Below are positions 60,401 to 64,000 of a stretch of DNA of 64,000 nucleotides, piece after piece. Every line of letters starts with the position of its first letter. Within the stretch, counting starts at the first letter, position 1. Origin of the DNA: Protoeuglena noctilucae (Eukaryota); contig OY253684.1 of assembly GCA_958009085.1 (NCBI GenBank), positions 310,001 to 374,000 on the forward strand. The letters run 5' to 3'. The notes beneath the pieces are model-generated. The model was not told the DNA's origin, searched no databases, and saw nothing but the letters and a program-made list of their open reading frames with translations. The position numbers were made by a program, and so were the translations under genes.

Positions 60401-61926
60401 GGGTGAGGGACGGGGTGTTGGCAAATAGACACCGCATTGATGGCTGCGCTTCTTGACTATTCCCACCCCAGCTCTCTCCCCTCTCGCACAGCTAGCCTTT
60501 TACTGTTACTTAACGATCTCACCATCCCACCCTTGATCTCCTCTCCCACGTAGCGTCCTGGTCGCTCTCAGCCATCCACTGTTACTCAACCCTCTCTCCA
60601 TTCCCACCCTTGCTCTCTCCTCTCCCCCACGCAGCGTCCTGGTCGCTCTTACCCGCCGGGTCCCACCGCGCCGCCGTGGGCCTCTGCCTCCTCCCCTGGC
60701 TCCCCGTCCTCGGTTCCGCACCCATCCGATGCGCCATGCCAGCCACCGTCACCCTCTCTGCCGACTTCCGAGCCCGGCCTGGCGAGCGGTGCGCCAGGCC
60801 AGCGGAGGTCCCCGTGCCCCTATCGGTCCGCAACTGCTCCCATGCGACGCTCGACGTGGTTGTGGAGGCGCGGGGGCCCGCGGCGGGCGACGCGGCGCTT
60901 GCGATGGACGGCGATGCGCGGGGCAGCTGGCGCGTGGGGGCGGGGGCGGTGGGGGCAGGGGTGCCGGAGGCAGGAGGCCCCGTTTGCTGGTCCGGCCGCA
61001 CCCTCGCGCGCGTCGACGCCCTCGCGCCCGGCCAAGAAGCGCAGGTGGTTTTGACGGCCTTAGTCAGCATCCCGGGGGCGTTTCAAGCACCGCCTGTCAG
61101 GGTCGGGTGGGTGCCAAGGCCGGTGGGGGCCGACGGGGGCGTCTGGGCTCCAGCCCGTGTGCTGGATTTGGAGGATGCGCTGAGGTCTCCGGAATCGAGC
61201 GTGCGCGTGCCGCCTGTGCTGGTGCAAGCGGTGGATGTGGGAGAGGGGGCGGGGGTGCGGCTGGCGGGTGGGTTGGTGGATGCGGGGGCGGGTGAGGGCG
61301 AGGGTGGTGGCAAGGGCGTGGGTGAGGGAGTCAGTGAGGGTGAGGGTGGGAGTGGGGTGCGTGTGGGCCACCACCCTTTGCGTCAGGCGTCCAGGGCACG
61401 ATCGATCGACCTCGTGCATTGGGATCCCGATGCTATGATGGTCGGGGCGGGCGAAGAGGGGCAAACGGGCGCATCGGTGGTGTCGCCGCGGGGAGCAAGG
61501 GAGGGCCAGGCGGGGGTGTCAGGTTGGGAGGGCACGGGGCTGGGTTCGGCTGGGGTGGCGGTGGGAGGGCGCGTGGTGTCGAGCGCATCTGTGGCGACCT
61601 CGGCTGCGACTGGCAGGGATGATCGGGAGGGGGCGGTGATGGAGGGCGTGCGGTCCTTGCGGCTGGGTGGCAGTGGCAGCGGCGGCGGGGAGAGCGACTG
61701 TGGCAGCAGCAAGGAGGGGTCCGTTCGCGTCCAGGACGGCGGGGACGATGGGCTGAGCGGGGTGTTGGAGTTACTCGGGGCTCGTGAGCGTGGATTAGGG
61801 CCCGGAGCGGCGCAGGGTGCGGGGGATGCGCTGGATTTGTTGGGCGACTTTCCTGGGCTCACGGCCGAAGCCCCGGCGGAGCCGAAGGAGGCGCCCGCGA
61901 TGGAAGCCAACCTGCTCGATCTATGA
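54401..61926 (+). CDS. TRAPPC8: Trafficking protein particle complex III subunit 8 (TRAPPC8/Trs85)-like, divergent, about 14 exons
   Basis: FSPTCLV...ISAAEMLAPYG, LRQLGDWSLHLQDY, AGVVLER, RKAAMHLVLSGH, WSALEEHMHFAL, HQQYLDAF and VAGEAMVVCVDVGNPLHVPV. Confidence 0.72.
58031..58180. repeat. Degenerate (CCCTCA/CCCCCA)n hexamer microsatellite in TRAPPC8 intron 57971-58182
   Basis: Read directly from the sequence. Confidence 0.9.
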
Positions 61927-62246
61927 GTTGTGTCGCATGTGCTGTAGTACAGTTAAATCGCTGCAGAGGTTGACGAGAAAGGGCACTGGCGTGCCGTGCC
62001 AGGACTGACGGCGTGCTTGACTCGATGCCGCTGGGCTTGCGATTCCGCGATTGTTTGCCCTTGCGATGCTCGATGGCGTCCAGGCGCCTCGCTTGTCCCA
62101 TCCGGCGTAGACGTGGGTGTTCGCAACCTGAAAGGGGGCAAACATAGCACGGAGGCAGGCATCGTGCACGCGCGGTGTCTGGTTGCAGATCAGACTGCCA
62201 TTGGAACCACCTGGGCCAGCGGCTTCGCTGTCCCAGCGGCACCAGC

Positions 62247-64000
62247 ATGGAAGTGTTGCTGCGAGCCGCTGAGAACGCCGGCAGGATCGCCGTGGCGACG
62301 CCGGCGGGCTCATGGAGGTATCTCGACATCCTAAGGTGCGAACATAGTCACATGCACGTCCTTCTGGGGGCTGATATTCAACTTGGTGGGCACGGCAGCG
62401 AGCTCATGTGTGCGTTTTAAGTGATTTCCGCAGGAGCGCCGCGGCTTTGCTTCCAAAACTCCCTCGCGCCGACGACGAGTGGCCGCTCCTGGACCCTGAC
62501 GCCGGAGGGTCGCCGTGGGCGTGGCTGGGGAAGGCGTTTGGGGCGCAGGAAAAGACTGGGTCGGGGCGGCTGCTATCTGGTGAGAATTTGGCCAGTACCT
62601 GTGCCGACGCGACTTCGTTAACAGTCAATAAACGCGTGGCCATCGTCGATGCGCGCCATCGACCGACCCCGCATGCAGACCGCGACCGCCGCGACCTGCT
62701 AAACTGGCAGATGCCAGAGCACCACTGCCTGTCCCGGGGCCCTGGGTGCAGCTGTGGGGTCCTCTGCACGTGGGGCGAGAGGCCCTTGGTCGTGGGGCCG
62801 CGCGTGGCGTGCCTGATCAACCCAGGTGCGACCGGCCACGCCACCATCGCGCTTGCCCCTACTCTGCAGTCTCTGTACTACTAATACCTGTACTACTAGT
62901 CCCTACGCTGCCCAGTTATCGCTCGTGCTACGACCTTTGCGTTTCTCTCGCAGGCCCGGAGCACGTTGCCGCCATGTGGGCCACCTTTGGCCGCGGGTGC
63001 ACGTTCGTGCCCCTCTCGCGCTCGCACTCCTTCCCCGCCATCGAGCGAACCCTCACCGACACACAGGCAGCGGCACTCGTCGGTGAGACGCGTGGCTACA
63101 CGATACCGATACCGATCCTATCCCTCACCACCCTGTGTACCACTGTACCTGAGTCACCCGACCCACCCCACCCCACCGCATATCAACCCCACAGTCGCCT
63201 CACCCCACCTCGTTTCACTTGCATCTCATGCGGACCCACTCCACCTCATCTCACCCACCCCACCTCACCCCCCGCACAGTCGACGAGGCCCACGCCTCCT
63301 CATCTCACCCCCACCACACTCCACCTCATCTCAACCCCCACCTCCCCGCACAGTGGACGAGGCCCACGCCTCCTCCCGCCTCGAGAGCCTCATCTGCGAC
63401 CTGGGCCACGAATTCATCGTCGTCCCTCGCCCGGCCCCTTGCGACACCGACACTCTGGCAAACGCTGAGGGTAAGACCCTCGAGGGCAGCACCCGGTCAG
63501 GGCGAGGTGCAGCTGAGGGATCGAGAAGTGGGCGGGAGTGGCCGGGTGTGAGGGCGGAGGAGGTGGGGGAGGTGGAGAGGCTGCAGTCGTGGGCGGGGCA
63601 GGTGCTGCGGCCTCTTCTGCGCAACGACCTTGGGGCGATGCTGCTGACGAGCAGCGGGGCGGGGGGTGAGTGCATGGGTGGTGGCGGTGAATGTGTGAAG
63701 TACCAATAAGGGTGTCAATGGGGGTGTCATCCGTCGTGCCTTGTCACGCATTGTACATGCCCATATCTATGTCTCATTTCTGACCAGACATAAACAGTCA
63801 CATCACGTTTTCCTCTGTCCGCGCTGTGCCCCCCAGGTCGCCCCCGCGGTGTCCTCCACACCCACGCCTCCCTCACCGCTCAGTGCGCCTCTCTTCGCAA
63901 TGCATGGGCCCTGAGTCCCTCAGACCGTGTGCTGCACGCCCTGCCCTTGCACCACGCGTTGGGGTCCGTGACGGCCATGCTCAGTGTGCACGTGGCAGGG
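62247..64000 (+). CDS. Acyl-CoA synthetase / AMP-binding protein (ACSF3/AAE13 malonate-CoA-ligase-like), truncated by the window end
   Basis: RIAV...WRYLDIL, GPRVACLINP|GPEHVAAMWAT...FVPLS and MLLTSSGAG|GRPRGVLHTHASLTAQCASLRNAWALSPSDRVLHALPLHH. Confidence 0.8.

Noticed and set aside
1..64000. Hundreds of long Arg/Pro/Gly/Ala-rich ORFs in the six-frame track (e.g. 133..1917+, 19842..21320-, 51030..52340+)
   Set aside because: They are shadow or antisense frames caused by stop-codon scarcity at high GC, and most overlap better-supported spliced genes.

Overview
Eukaryotic, very GC-rich (about 70% by eye), gene-dense nuclear DNA with many short spliceosomal introns. The plastid-targeted proteins, plant-type WEE1, AP2, PILS and a four-domain cation channel point to a green alga (chlorophyte). 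The six-frame ORF track is mostly exon fragments and GC-driven shadow ORFs. Splicing by hand gives about 18 multi-exon genes: PTAC16/TIC62-like Rossmann protein, RUS/DUF647-like protein, four-domain Cav/Nav-type channel, cis-prenyltransferase, WEE1, DUF6816 protein, type-11 methyltransferase, Dus, divergent AP2-domain protein, PSTK, RPL10, PILS, VID27/CYPRO4, TauE, SAND+ePHD protein, BIG BROTHER-like RING-H2, TRAPPC8 and a partial acyl-CoA synthetase. No rRNA, tRNA, CRISPR array or transposase was recognised. The most unusual signals concern splicing: about 10 GC-AG introns; introns with a G-rich 5' half and a C-rich 3' half that could fold; degenerate copies of exon-intron junctions 71-81 nt inside introns; and a duplicated terminal module whose stop codon lies inside the splice donor. 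Also notable are a G/E/D/D channel filter and a candidate bicistronic upstream ORF. All gene models are manual, several starts and ends are approximate, and no database search was run.
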